A stretch of 64,000 nucleotides of DNA from Octopus sinensis. Lineage: Eukaryota. The notes under the pieces are model-generated. The model saw only the letters and a list, made by a program, of their open reading frames with translations. It ran no database searches and was not told the origin of the DNA. Shown in pieces: positions 12,720-25,566 of this stretch. The position numbers and the translations under genes were made by a program. Location: positions 14,074,001 to 14,138,000 of the forward strand of contig NC_043003.1 of NCBI RefSeq assembly GCF_006345805.1, in the 5' to 3' direction. Each line of letters begins with the position of its first letter. Position 1 is the stretch's first letter.

Positions 12720-14690
12720 TATATCACACACACACACACACATGTATTAACTGTAAAAATGAAGGATCTATAAAATTCCATAATGAGTAAGGATTAATTA
12801 ATATTGTTTTAGTGAGTAAAATTATGTGGCAGTAAATTGGCGTAATTCTTGAAGCACCAGAGATTGAAATAATGATGTATACATCCTTTATATCTTCATG
12901 TACACACAACCATGGAACAGTTCACACTGCAGGATTTAGTCTACATACGCAACTTTTCCTTAGAGATTTTGTGTATTAACACAACATGCTACAACTGATA
13001 TCTGTAGACTATCAGACACCAGTGTTTTGGTGTAACTTTGCTTGTTCAGTGACAATTACCACCGCAGTCATTTGGAACTTGCCAAGAACTTCTGTTCCTA
13101 TATAAAAAACAGCATATAAGTGCTTGTGGGAGTGAGATTTGTGTGTGGAGGGATGGGGGGAAGGCATTGTATCTTCTTATTTATAAATAGAATTTGAAAA
13201 TACACTCTTGAACATTAAAAATAAAATACTAAATGTAGCTTCTTCTTATCAAACAACATGGCCACCCGTGGAATGTACCCAAAGAAATTGGGGAGGGAAA
13301 AAAAAGCCAGGCTTGTCTTTTGCAGATGTTGTGTTAAATTAATTAAGAAAACTTCCATGCTTTGGCAGATTTATTTGTTTTTTTAATCTTTTTATTTTTT
13401 CCTTTAATCATTGAATATGAACAAGAACACAAGACGATACCAACTCCGAAGAATATTTCAGTTTTATATTCACTCAGAACCAGACAGTTCATTATTTTTG
13501 TCTTTATGTCTCGATCTAACCAACACAAAGGGTGAAGGCACCACGTTCTGAAGTAGGCGGAAAGAACAATATATTATTATATAATTTTTAACTTTCTGAA
13601 CATAATGATACCCACCGTGTGTGTGCGTGTGTATGTAAGTGTGTGTGTGTGTGTCTAAAATGTACAACCAAGAACAGACATACAAAAGAGGGAGAGATAT
13701 CAAAGTTAATAATTTGCCAAATCTGAAAACTTAGCAAATATTAAATGGAACCCCTGAAGTTAGAATTAATTGATCATTTCATTCAGAGCAAGCATCTTTA
13801 TCTATTCAGCTGCTTCTGTGTACACTCTTTTTTTATATAGCCACCCCATTATATATTTTATTCATCATCTTTTTTTTTTTTTGGTAGAGTGTCTTTTTTT
13901 CATTGTGATCATCATCATCATTATTATTATTATTGTTATCATTATTAATATTATTTTGTCTTAAAGTTGTTAAAACTGCATTTCACATCGGAGATTTAAT
14001 AAATAGCTAGCGTTTATGTATAGAATGGATTTTCTATTCACAAACAGAGAAAATCAATATGAGTGGAAAAATACAAGAGATATATACACATAGTCATTTT
14101 TAATGCATTTACTTTTTAATATTAAAAATAGCTGCATTTAAAACAGCATGAAAATAGTGAACTAAAATATACAGTAAAATGTTACACACTTTTGTTTGTC
14201 CTCTTTCCTTTTAATTGCAGGAAAAAGGGAAAAAAATCTAAGCTATCATTATAGAAGAGTAAAATAATTGTTGTTAATAATAAAAAAAATTTGGTATTCA
14301 ACAAATTCTAACAAACTAACAATATTTATAAGCGAAAGCTTTTGTATTAGAGTGTGTGTATATGTGTGTGTGTGTGTGTGTATCTGTGTGTATTTTTAGC
14401 ATTGTAAATAAAATCTTTTTACTTATTTGGAAGTCTTGCTTTTCATTAAGAAATAACTAATTACAAATTGTCAGACATTATTATAGAGCTGTTATTTTTG
14501 TTTCTAGGTTTCTTGGTAAACAACAAGAAATGAGCTGTAAACCCAACTGAAATTAGGGATATACTTTTGGGGGCAAAAAAAAAAAGAAAAAAAGACAATC
14601 CCAGAATTACTAGCACCACAACGGTATTCGCTAAAATACCAAAATGCTCAAACATGCTTATTCGTTGCCAGCAACTTCTAAATAAAATAA

Positions 14691-14753
<63 letters not shown>

Positions 14754-14854
14754 TTAGATTTCTAAATATCTCAAAGAGATATAAGCAATGGTGGTATGAT
14801 AGAGCAGTTGTACACTGTCAAGCATTTGAAAAGGATGAAACGCAAGTCAATCTT

Positions 14855-15325
14855 GGTGAAATTTGAACTAAGAACATAAAGACAGACAAAGTACCGCTAA
14901 GTATTTCGCCCGGCGTGCTAATGTTTCTGCCAGCTTGCCGCCTTAAATGAAGAATAATCTTTTCTATTCTAAGCACAAGGCCCGAAAGTTTTGGGGAGGG
15001 GGCCAGACAATTAGATTAACCCCAGTATGCAACTGGTACTTAATTTATAAACACCGAAAGGATGAAAGGCAAAGCCAACCATGGCGGAATTTGAACTCAG
15101 AACATAAAGACTGACGAAATACCTATTTCTTTACTATTCACAAGAGGCTAAACACAGAGGAGACAAACAAGGACAGACAAATGGATTAAATCGATTACAT
15201 CGACCCCGAAAGGATGAAAGGCAAAGTCGACCTCGGCGGAATTTGAACTCAGAACATAACGGCAGACAAAATAACGCTAAGCATTTCACCTGGCGTGCTA
15301 ATGATTCTGCCAGCTTGCCGCCTTA
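14855..15325 (-). mobile_element. Cluster of stacked or nested family C SINE copies
   Basis: Repeated GAATTTGAACTCAGAAC B-box and CTGCCAGCTTGCCGCC head segments. Confidence 0.85.
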
Positions 15326-15604
15326 GATAAGCAGTAATCTGAATGCAAAAGGGATAAGGGTATGAGGGATAAACCCATCTCCTCAGAGAACCCTAATTCT
15401 CTTATTCTTTAACTTGTTTTGGTCATTTTGACTGCAGCCATGCTGGAACACCGCCTTAAAAGGTTTTAGCCAAACAAATTGACCCCAGGGCTGTTGTTTA
15501 TAAGTCATCACCAACTACTGTATCTACTAGAAATAACACCCAAATGTTCCTCCAAATTGCACTTTAGAATTTTGAAAGAAGAATGTAGTAAACAATGTAG
15601 TCTC

Positions 15605-15899
15605 TTCTGTCGTGTCTGGGGAGAGTCATTTTCTTTTTGTGCCTTATAATATAACACATTCACCGGTAAAATTTCCCCTTATTTCTTATTTTTATTTTCC
15701 TAAAATTTTCGTTGCGTCTTGCAACCTTTTCAATAGTGTTGACTATTGAAAAGGTTGCAAGTCGCAACGAAAATTTTAGGAAAATAGAAATAAGGAAATT
15801 TTAGGAAAATAAAAATAAGAGATAAGTGGAAATTTTACTGATGAGTGTGTTAAATTATAAGGCACAAAAAGAAAATGACTCTCCCCAGACACAACAGAA
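15605..15899. repeat. ~295-bp palindromic element (Penelope pLTR-like family); partial copies at 41615-41730, 43465-43590, 46850-46890, 47275-47350
   Basis: Arms are reverse complements around centre GTTG at 15738-15741; each arm carries a hammerhead-shaped motif next to the centre. Confidence 0.9.
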
Positions 15900-16691
15900 T
15901 ATGCTTCAACACACAAACTCAGATAAAGAATCTTGCAAACCAAATCCAAAAACGAAATGTAGACTCTGATATGTGAAAAAGAAACAAATGGAATAGCCAC
16001 AGCTGGGATGTCTTTGATTACAGATATCTTTGATTGGGGCTGACCTGGGGTGAAGCAATGACAACAGCAACAACAACAACTTAATACTAGACAGACTTGG
16101 TATTTAGAAAGGACTTAATTGCTGTCTTGCAAGTGATATGATTTGCACGGCTAAGTCCTCAACTTGACCATCTGCTGTTCTATTTCCTTGACGGACCTAT
16201 TCAATTATGACAGCTCGAAATGATAATACAAAACGACGGTTGTATCTGGCGACTTAATTATTTGCACCACTGTGTAGCTCGTTAAGATGTTTCATTTCGG
16301 TGTCATGCTATAGATTTGAAGAATGCGACATTGTAAATAGCAAGGTGGGGAAACAGTGGAAAGTGCTAAGAGGCACCAAAGTATTATATGTGTATGAATA
16401 TGAATGTATATGTGTGTGTGTGTGTGTGTGTATATGAATATATATATATTTACACACACATATCTATATTAATGCTTGTTTTTCTGTTCAATTACAATAA
16501 AAACTATTTCACATTAATCTGGTGGGTTACTCTATACTTTGGTAGAGTACAAATTTATCATTATAAATATATATATATATATACACACACACATATATAT
16601 ATATACACACATACATACATATACATATATAAACATATATATACATATATATATATATATATACATATATATATACATACATATATATATT

Positions 16692-16722
<31 letters not shown>

Positions 16723-16749
16723 ACATACATGCATGCATGCATACATAAT

Positions 16750-16800
16750 TTTGTCAGTGAACAGGTCGTGGCTTCAAAGCGACGAAAATATTTTGACAAA
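16750..16800 (+). ncRNA. Hammerhead-shaped motif with degenerate core
   Basis: TTTGTCA-GTGAACA-G-GTCG(11 nt)CGAC-GAA-AATATT-T-TGACAAA: 7-bp stem I, 4-bp stem II, palindromic stem III. Confidence 0.45.
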
Positions 16801-17484
16801 TTAAATTTAAATGTTGAAGTGAATCTAACGATTTTTGTGTGTTTCTCAAATGGCTTATAAACACCTTCCACTCTGTAATTGTTTTCATTCCAGCACACGA
16901 TCTCAGATCAGATCACTTGCTATGCAAGTACATCTCTATAATAAATATGTATATATTCTTGTATAAGAATAATATATCTTTTTTCTTTTACTTGTTTCAC
17001 TCATTAGACTACAGCCATGCTGAGGTACCATCTTGAAGAATTTTAGTCAAACAAACTGAACCCAAGACATTTTTTTTTTAAACCTAGACTTATTCTATCA
17101 GTCTCTTTTGCCAAACCAATAAGTTACAGGGATGTAAACACACCAAAACAAATACATATAAAAATCATTTAAATATCCACTTTTCTGTGCTTGCATGATA
17201 TAATAGGTCAAATATAAAGTTTAGTGAGGAAGATTTTCTATGGCCAGACACCCTTTCTTTATGCCAACCCTCGCTTGGTTCTCGGCAAAGTGATATTTCC
17301 CCATGGCCAGACATGTTTCCACTGAATATTGGAAATTAATGACATTCATTTACGACAATTACACAACATCAAGTGAGAGAGTGTGACAGGTACTCCTCAT
17401 GTTAACGATTATAAATATGACTTCCTACAAACAGACATTTACAAATATTTTCCCATCCTTCTGATGTGAGACATAACTCTTTAC

Positions 17485-17646
17485 CTTGACAAGATATCAA
17501 ACGATATCCAGAACGCTCTCATCTATGTGATGCTGCTTGCTCGCTGCACTTAAACCACAGTATAATACACACAAGTTCACCGAGCCAATGAATGAACTGA
17601 TAGCCACCAGTTAAACTGCAGCACTAATTCACTAAGCTACCATCTT
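17485..17646 (-). other. Candidate non-coding (UTR/lncRNA) exon
   Basis: Acceptor cttaattcttttAG, donor AAG|gtaaag; stops in all three frames in the 5' part. Confidence 0.25.
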
Positions 17647-17769
17647 CTAAAAGAATTAAGTGATACAAATTACTAGCTTCAAACTTAATTCCTTTTCATG
17701 GCTTAACTCTTTGGCATTTGCATTCTCCTATCTGTTGATGGAGTACAAGGTTGATTTTGTTGGGGCTTT

Positions 17770-17955
17770 CACTCCTGTTGTTTCATTTCTTCCTTTCCTC
17801 TTCTGGTGGTTCTGAAGGTTTTGGTTCCGATGGTGATGGAACGTCACCACTTGGCATGGTCTTTGGGATTCTGTTTCAAATGATTTAGGCTCAATTCCAG
17901 TAGCTTTCAGTGTTGCTTTGAGTTGGTCCTTGTATCTTTGAAGAGTGCAACCCCA
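17770..17955 (-). mobile_element. RTE-clade LINE fragment, C-terminal RT region
   Basis: Translates LQRYKDQLKATLKATGIEPKSFE, then after a frameshift KDHAKW*RSITIG, matching the RYKD..K..LK..GI....WE....DR..WR pattern of RTE ORFs. Confidence 0.8.
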
Positions 17956-19194
17956 TGGTCAATGTCATTGGCGCTTTTATGCCCAAGGTGCCACGCAGTG
18001 GAACTGAACCCGGAACCATATGGTTGGTAAGCAAGCTACTTACCACACAGCCACTCCTGCGCCTATTACTTGACATTTTACATTCAAACACCAACTTAAT
18101 AACAGCATGGAACCCACCCATAGCTCAGGGGATTGTCATAACTACAATGAGAGTTCCAGTTGATCTGATCAATGGTGGGGCCTGCTCATGGAATTAACAT
18201 GCAAGTGGCTAAGCACTCAACAGATATGGATAACCTCCATGTAAAAGTGTCCATGCGGTATCACATAAAAGCACCCGGCACGCCCTGTAAAGCGGCTGGT
18301 ATTAGGAAGAGCATCCAGCTGTAGAAACCATGCCAAGTCTGTTTGGAGTATGGTGCAGCCCTACATTGTCCAACCCATGCCAGCATGGACAATGGACATT
18401 AAATGATGGTGATGATGATGATGGTGGTGATGATTCAGCATGACACAGAACGTGACAAGGCTGGACCCCTGTGAATTACAGGTACACCTCTTTTTGTCAG
18501 CCGAGTAGACTGAAGCAATGTGAAATAAAGTGTCTTGTTCAAGGATGCTGCTGGGAATTGAACTCATGACCTTATGAATGTGAGACAAATACCCTAACCA
18601 TTAATGGGTTTACTAATAACTTTGAAGCAATATACACTTCTCCATTCCTTTTTATATTCTCTAAATCAGTGGTCGTCAACCATTTTTTGTCACCTACGGA
18701 TCCCTTGGATTCCTTTCTCTTCATGTGGACCAAAAATGTTACTTCGATTTCCAGTCACCCCAACCCTTTCCTAACAGTATCCTCTCCCCTCCACTCCCTC
18801 TCTGTAGCAAATTAAAGCAAAAAAGAGAGAGATTCTCTCTCAAGTTTGTCAGTCATACGAAATAGAACATGCACTACTTATAGACTTGTTATGATGACGC
18901 ACTTTGAAATGTAGAAGAAACCAGAGTCCAAAAATAATATTCGGTTGTCTGAAAGCAATCAACTGACATCAGTTGATATATTTTGACATTAAATATATAA
19001 TTGGCTGCAATAATCAAATGATTGCCGTCATTAATTTACATGAAATACCTTCTTTTTCGCCCCCTCTTCAAAGTGTAAAAGCATATATGTGTTAAATAAT
19101 AAGCAGAAAATATTAAAATCTATCATTTAACAGACCCAGCTTAGATTCTGGTGCTGGTAGCTTAACACTTTTCTGGTCACTAACATTAACCATT

Positions 19195-19562
19195 TAGTGT
19201 TTTAACTGGCCATATCTGGCCTCTTGTGCCTATCTTACAATGTCATTCTAAAAATATCTTGTCACATCATTGAAATCTTGAGACTATGAGATATCATCAT
19301 TGTTTAACATCCGCTTTCCATGCTAGCGTGGGTTGGATGATTTGACTGAGGTCTGGCGAACCAGATGGCTGCACCAGGCTCCAATCTGATCTGGCAGAGT
19401 TTCTACAGCTGGATGCCCTTCCTAATGCCAACCACTCCAAGAGTGTAGTGGGTGCTTTTACGGGCCACCAGCACGAGGGCCAGTCAGAATGCATGATTAA
19501 TTCAAAATAAGGTGAATAAATAAGCAATACATTTGACAGTAATCTGAATGTTAAAGGGTTGA
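19195..19562. mobile_element. piggyBac-type MITE (ends ..AATGCTAAAGGGTTAA) interrupted by a family D SINE at about 19295-19485
   Basis: Shares internal sequence with 45501-45725 and 47460-47685. Confidence 0.7.
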
Positions 19563-19739
19563 CCCTTACTATCTTGAACCATGCAAAACCCCAGTTCTGT
19601 GCATGTGCACTTGAGATAAAGGAACTGAGGTCGCTCATTTTTGATAGTGGGGTATTTTCCAAAATTCTTCATATTTCATATGACATAGTACACGCATTTC
19701 CTTTTTACTAGTCGATAAAAAGAGGTTGTGAGAACTGAT

Positions 19740-20068
19740 CTGCATATGATTAACATGTCACAAACATTCGAGCGAGGTTGTTCCCAGTGCCGCTGGAATG
19801 GATCCTGTGCAAGTGGCACATAAAAAACACCATTTGAGCATGGCCGTTGCCAGTACCGCCTGACTGACCCTCTTGCCGGTGGCACATAAAAGCACCCACT
19901 ACACTGTCGGAGTGGTTGGCGTTAGGAAGGGTATCCAGCTGTAGAAACTCTGCCAGATCAAGATTGGAGCCTGGTGCAGCCATCTGGTTCGCCAGCCCTC
20001 AGTCAAATCATCCAACCCATGCTAGCATGGAAAGCGGACGTTAAACGATGATGATGATGATGATGATC
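19740..20068 (+). mobile_element. Family D SINE-like element with ~45-bp internal subrepeats and (GAT)n tail
   Basis: GGTGGCACATAAAAGCACC subrepeats; tail CATGCTAGCATGGAAAGCGGACGTTAAACGATGATG; similar copies at 33050-33285, 41140-41398, 46895-47260. Confidence 0.9.
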
Positions 20069-20807
20069 TGTACGTTAGTAAGCAAAACTTTAATCAACAC
20101 AGCAAGGGTTAACAGCATCCATACTAAGCAAATCACCCCCTTGGTCCATAGAAGAAATATTGCACCATTCTACCGTTGTTATTGTACGAGAAAAGAGCTT
20201 CCACTCCACAGGAATTCCAACCACTCCATTATTGTTTTTGCTTTGACATAGAGTTACATAACAATTTCACTGGAATCCCATCAGGTTTAATAAAAGATAA
20301 ACTCTGCAATATTTCTTCCATCACCAGTTTGGGATATGATTTACAAACTTCCAAATCTTGCCTATGATTAATCTAATCAAGCATCACTCTTGGGATTTTG
20401 AGAAGTTTTTCTTTCATTTTTTATTATTATTATTATTATTATTATTTTTTCCTCTCCACACAACATTGGAAGGAAAAGGCGGGCAACTGAGAAAGACCAA
20501 TAAGACTAGTAAGAATTTGGAAGAAATTATGGAAAAGTGTAAACATTTCTGTATATCATGGGAATTAATCACAGGAATTCATAATTCAGATGAGCTGAAA
20601 ATTATGTAGAATGTCAAGCAATGTTTTCTAAACGGAATTTGAAAATTTCTTGGAGCATGTGGTAGCAATTAAGGGAGGGCAGACTATTTCCATCCAGGAT
20701 AAGACAAAGCAAATACATTTTTAAAATTAATGCTTTTATGATAGGATTTGCAAGAAAATACTGACAAGCTTAAGTTTATATAATCCCAGATATTTTCAAT
20801 CTATTTA

Positions 20808-21668
20808 CTCTACTCTTTTACTTGTTTCAGTCATTTGACTGCGGCCATGCTGGAGCACCGCCTTTAATCGAGCAACTCGACCCCGGGACTTATTCTTTCG
20901 TAAGCCCAGTACTTATTCTATCGGTCCCTTTTGCCGAACCGCTAAGTAACGGGAACATAAACACACCAGCATCGGTTGTCAAGCAATGCTAGGGGGACAA
21001 ACACAGACACACAAACACACACATACATATATATATACATATATACGATGGGCTTCTTTCAGTTTCCGTCTACCAAATCCACTCAGAAGGCTTTGGTTGG
21101 CCCGAGGCTATAGTAGAAGACACTTTTTTTTTTTTTTTTTTTAAAGCCTGGTATTTTATTCTATTGGCCTCTTGCCAAACTGCTATGTTTTGGAGATGTA
21201 AACACATCAACACTGGTTCTCAAGTGGTGGTGGTGGTGGTGGGGAGGACAAGAACAGAAAAAAAAGCACACACACTGATGATGATAATGATGATATATAT
21301 ATATATATATATATAGAAACATGACGGGCTTCTTTCAGTTTCCAGCCTGAGCCTTTGCTCAACTGATGACTTGTGGTCCAGTTTAAGCATAACGTTCCCT
21401 TTTCTGTTTCCTTACCACAGTAATTCAGTTCTTTTTTACTCTTTTATTTGTTTCAGTCATTTTGACTGTGGCCATGCTGGAGCACCGTCTTTTAGCCAAA
21501 CAAATTGACCCCTGGACTTTCAGTTTCCATCTACCAAATCTACTCACAAGGCTTTGGTTGACCTGAGGCTATAATAGAAGATACCTGCCGATGGTGTCAC
21601 ACAGTAGGACTGAACCCAGAATCATGTGGTTGGGAAGCAAGCTTCTTCCTACACAGCCACGCCTGCAC
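20808..21668 (-). mobile_element. Cluster of family A SINE copies
   Basis: Three partial copies of the family A sequence. Confidence 0.85.
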
Positions 21669-21980
21669 CTAAGTTCCCAAAATCCAGTCATGGTTCAAAG
21701 GACACAATGTCTACAAGTACAATACAATATTACATTGATTTCAAATTTTGGTACAAGGCCAGCAATTATGGAGAGGTGGTAAATCAATTACATTGACCCC
21801 GGTGTTATTTTACCAACCCTGAAAGGACGAAGGGCAAAGTCAACCCCCAGCACCATTTGAACTCAGAACGCATAGTCAGACGAAATGTCACAAAGCAATT
21901 TTTCCCAATGCAGTAACAATTCTGCCAGTTCTCCGCCTTGAGAATATAATATTATATTGAAAACTTATTGGTATGTTACG

Positions 21981-22048
21981 TTTCAAAGCTATACTCAACT
22001 ATAAAATATATCTATAGATATATTTTATAGCCGATTATAGCTTTGAAA
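21981..22048. repeat. Near-perfect 68-bp AT-rich palindrome
   Basis: TTTCAAAGCTATA..CTATAAAATATATC TATA GATATATTTTATAG..TATAGCTTTGAAA. Confidence 0.9.
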
Positions 22049-22523
22049 TGAATAAAATATATCTATAGATAAATTGATGTATATCTATATAAAATATATC
22101 AAATGATTTTAAGCCAACCTTGTATGTACGGAGAGCGAAAAAAAAAAAAAGAGACTTATTACATTAGTTTTAATCTGTTAAGCATTCATTTCAATTCGTT
22201 AGAACTTCATTAGTGACTAAATATCCACTTTACTGTTCATGGAAATACTGTTTAAAATTTAAGAGATTTAAGTAAATTAGATGACCCAATTTAAGTATAG
22301 AAGTCATTCTTCGCAATTAATTTCATTAATAAATTAGTGGTTTGTTAATAATATTTCACTTCAATGCTTTGTTTTATAACATAATATATCCCCTAAACTT
22401 TTAGCTAATGTTGTATGTAAATACCTTGTCCTTATATACAATATTTAAGGGGATATGGAAAGAGGGAGAACCAGACTAGTTTCAATCCTGTGCTGGGATT
22501 TCATCACCAACTAAGTATCCTAT

Positions 22524-22662
22524 TTAACCTTTAGCACACTGAAGGTGAATCATGTTGCTGTACAAGTTTTCTCCCCCTCTCAATGCAACACAGGGTGCCT
22601 GCAACTACAGGGAAGAGAACTTGTGTGGTGACATGCTTTGCCTTTCACATGCTAAAGGTTAA
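22524..22662. mobile_element. Short TTAA-flanked piggyBac-type MITE
   Basis: TTAA-CCTTTAGCA ... TGCTAAAGG-TTAA termini. Confidence 0.7.
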
Positions 22663-22820
22663 CTGTCCAGAGAGATACTTTTATCTTTTATTTATTTCAG
22701 TTGTTGGACTGTGGCCATACTGGGGCACTACCCAGAAGAGTTTAGAAAAACCAATCAACCCCAATTCTATATTTTTGAGATGAAGAACTTTTTTAAATTA
22801 TGTATTAGTTGCAGTGATGA

Positions 22821-22992
22821 CCTCATCTTGATTGTTGCTTTTACTACAGGCACAGTGAAATGGATAAAGGTGTTGCTTAATGAAGCGCAGTCACGTAGAG
22901 GTCCTGAGTTCAATCCTAGGCAAGGTACAAAGGTGAATCACAAGACACCTGAAGAAGGCTGGAGCATAGCAAAAGCAACAATCAAGATAAGG
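22821..22992. mobile_element. 172-bp element with 22-bp inverted termini, internal B-box and CTGAAGA motif
   Basis: CCTCATCTTGATTGTTGCTTTT versus AAAAGCAACAATCAAGATAAGG (one mismatch). Confidence 0.65.
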
Positions 22993-23911
22993 ACACCACT
23001 CATTACTTAGTTTTATGTTTGGTATTTATTCTATTAGAATCATCTAGTGAGCTACCAATTTACAGGGACACCAACAAATTAACACCAGTTGCCATGCAGT
23101 CGTGAGGGGGGGGGGTGAGCAACAAAAACACAAATACACACACTCATAATGGGCTTACATATAGTTTCTGCCAACACAGAATTGGCCAACCGAAGACTAA
23201 ATTAAAAGGAAAAAACTTGCACAAGGCGCCATGCAGTGGGATTGAACCCAAGAACCATGTGGTCGGGAAGCAAGATTCTTAAACCACACAGCCATACCTC
23301 TTGAACAGTTCACAGAGATATTTGCATAAATACCACTACCAGAGCTTAATAAAACTGGACAAGATCAATTTGCATATAAAACACATTCTTGGCAGTTAGT
23401 TCAATTAATTACAGGCAAGTCGCACAACGTTGACGAATGAAAAAAAAAACAGACATATAGGCACAAGCATGGGTGTGTGGTAAGAATTTCGCTTCCCAAC
23501 CACATGGTTCCAGGTTCAGGATCACTTTAATGTACAAGACACTTGGGCAAGTGTCTTGTACATTAAAACAATGATGATGAAAATAGTTCTGGTTAAACGA
23601 TGAAGTGTTTACATCTGTCTATATATATCTGTGTGTGTGTATGTGTATATATGTATATAGATATGTATACATGTGTGTGCATATGTATATATGTGGTGGG
23701 GGTGAGTGTATATATATATTCTTTTTTGTTTCAGTCATTTGACTGTGGCCATGCTGGAGCACCGCCTTTAGTCGAGCAAATCAACCCCAGGACTTATTCT
23801 TTGTAAGCCTAGTACTTATTCTATCAGTCTCTTTTGCCGAACCACTAAGTTACGGGGACGTAAACACGCCAACATCAGTTGTCAAACTATGGTGGGAGGG
23901 GACAAACATAG

Positions 23912-23982
<71 letters not shown>

Positions 23983-24639
23983 GACAGGCTTCTTTCAGTT
24001 TCCATCTACGAAATCCACTCACAAGGCTTTGGTTGGACCAAGGCTATAGCAAATGACACTTGCCCAAGGTGCCACACAGTGGGACTGAACCTGGAACCAT
24101 GTGGTTGGGAAGCAAGCTTCTTATCACACAGCCACACTGTGCCTATATGTGTGTGTGTAATTCTAGCTAAGACAAAGTATTTACACCACTCTATATATAG
24201 TGATTGCTAAAACTCTACAGAAACATATTCCATACCACACTATACAAACTAAATTTATTTCAATTCTTGTTTACAGTAAAATTCTCGAAATTTTTCAATG
24301 AAATTCTAAAAATAACCTAGCAATTAAAAATATGATGAATATGAAATAAAGAATTCCCTAAATAACAATATCTACAACAGATAAACAAACGTGGGGGGGG
24401 GGGAGAAAAACAACCTCCAAATGAATAATGATGAATAAAGACTGAGAGAAATAACAAATGAATAAAAACAAAAGATTTGAATTCCCCCTACCCTACCCAA
24501 GTTTAAGCGAGTGACAAATGACAATTACAAGCCATGCTTTGCATTAGAAGTACCCTGTAATATCTGCCAGATTTTTCTCATGAACATGTTGAGACAGGGT
24601 CAGAAAAACAATACATAAGATTGAAATTTATATTTCAAA

Positions 24640-24909
24640 GCAAAAATATACATACATACACACACACACACACACATATATATACACACACATAATATAA
24701 ATATATACATACATATATATATATATATATACATATATTATATATATATACATATATATACATACATATATATATACATACATATATATATACATACATA
24801 TATATATACATATATACATACATATATATATATATATATACATACATATATATATATATACATACATATATATATATATACATATATATACATACATATA
24901 TATATATAC

Positions 24910-24988
<79 letters not shown>

Positions 24989-25200
24989 ACATATATATAC
25001 ATATATACACATATATATACATACATATATACATACATATATATATACATAAGAGTAAAAGAGTATATATATACATACACACACACGCACGCACACACAT
25101 ATATATATACATATCTACACACACACACACACACATATATATATACATATATACATAAATAAATGCATGCATGCATACAGTTATGTATGTATGTATGTAT
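24640..25200. repeat. Compound (TA)n/(TACA)n microsatellite
   Basis: Direct reading. Confidence 0.97.
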
Positions 25201-25527
25201 GTAGGTACTTGTGTATGTATAAGTAGACTTTTCGTCTCATGTCAGGGAATTAAAACCAAAGGAGTTTATTTTCTTGATTTGTGAAGTAGGAAGGAGGAAA
25301 AGGGATTTTAAGATACTTTTTTAAGAATCTGGCAATTACTTGTGTTTTCCCTTAACTCCACGAAAGAGGATACATGTTATTCGAAATGTTCTCTAAAAAC
25401 AAAAAAAAAAGCCCCCACATGCATGTGTGTGTGTATATAATATATATATATATATAACAACAGACAGTAAAATATCTTTATTGCGTGACTTTCTTGTTCG
25501 TATTGTCATTGTTGTCGTTATTATTAA

Positions 25528-25566
<39 letters not shown>

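Noticed and set aside
22594-22657. Apparent exon GACNYREENLCGDMLCLSHAK
   Set aside because: Interior of a TTAA-flanked MITE; the donor is part of the terminal repeat
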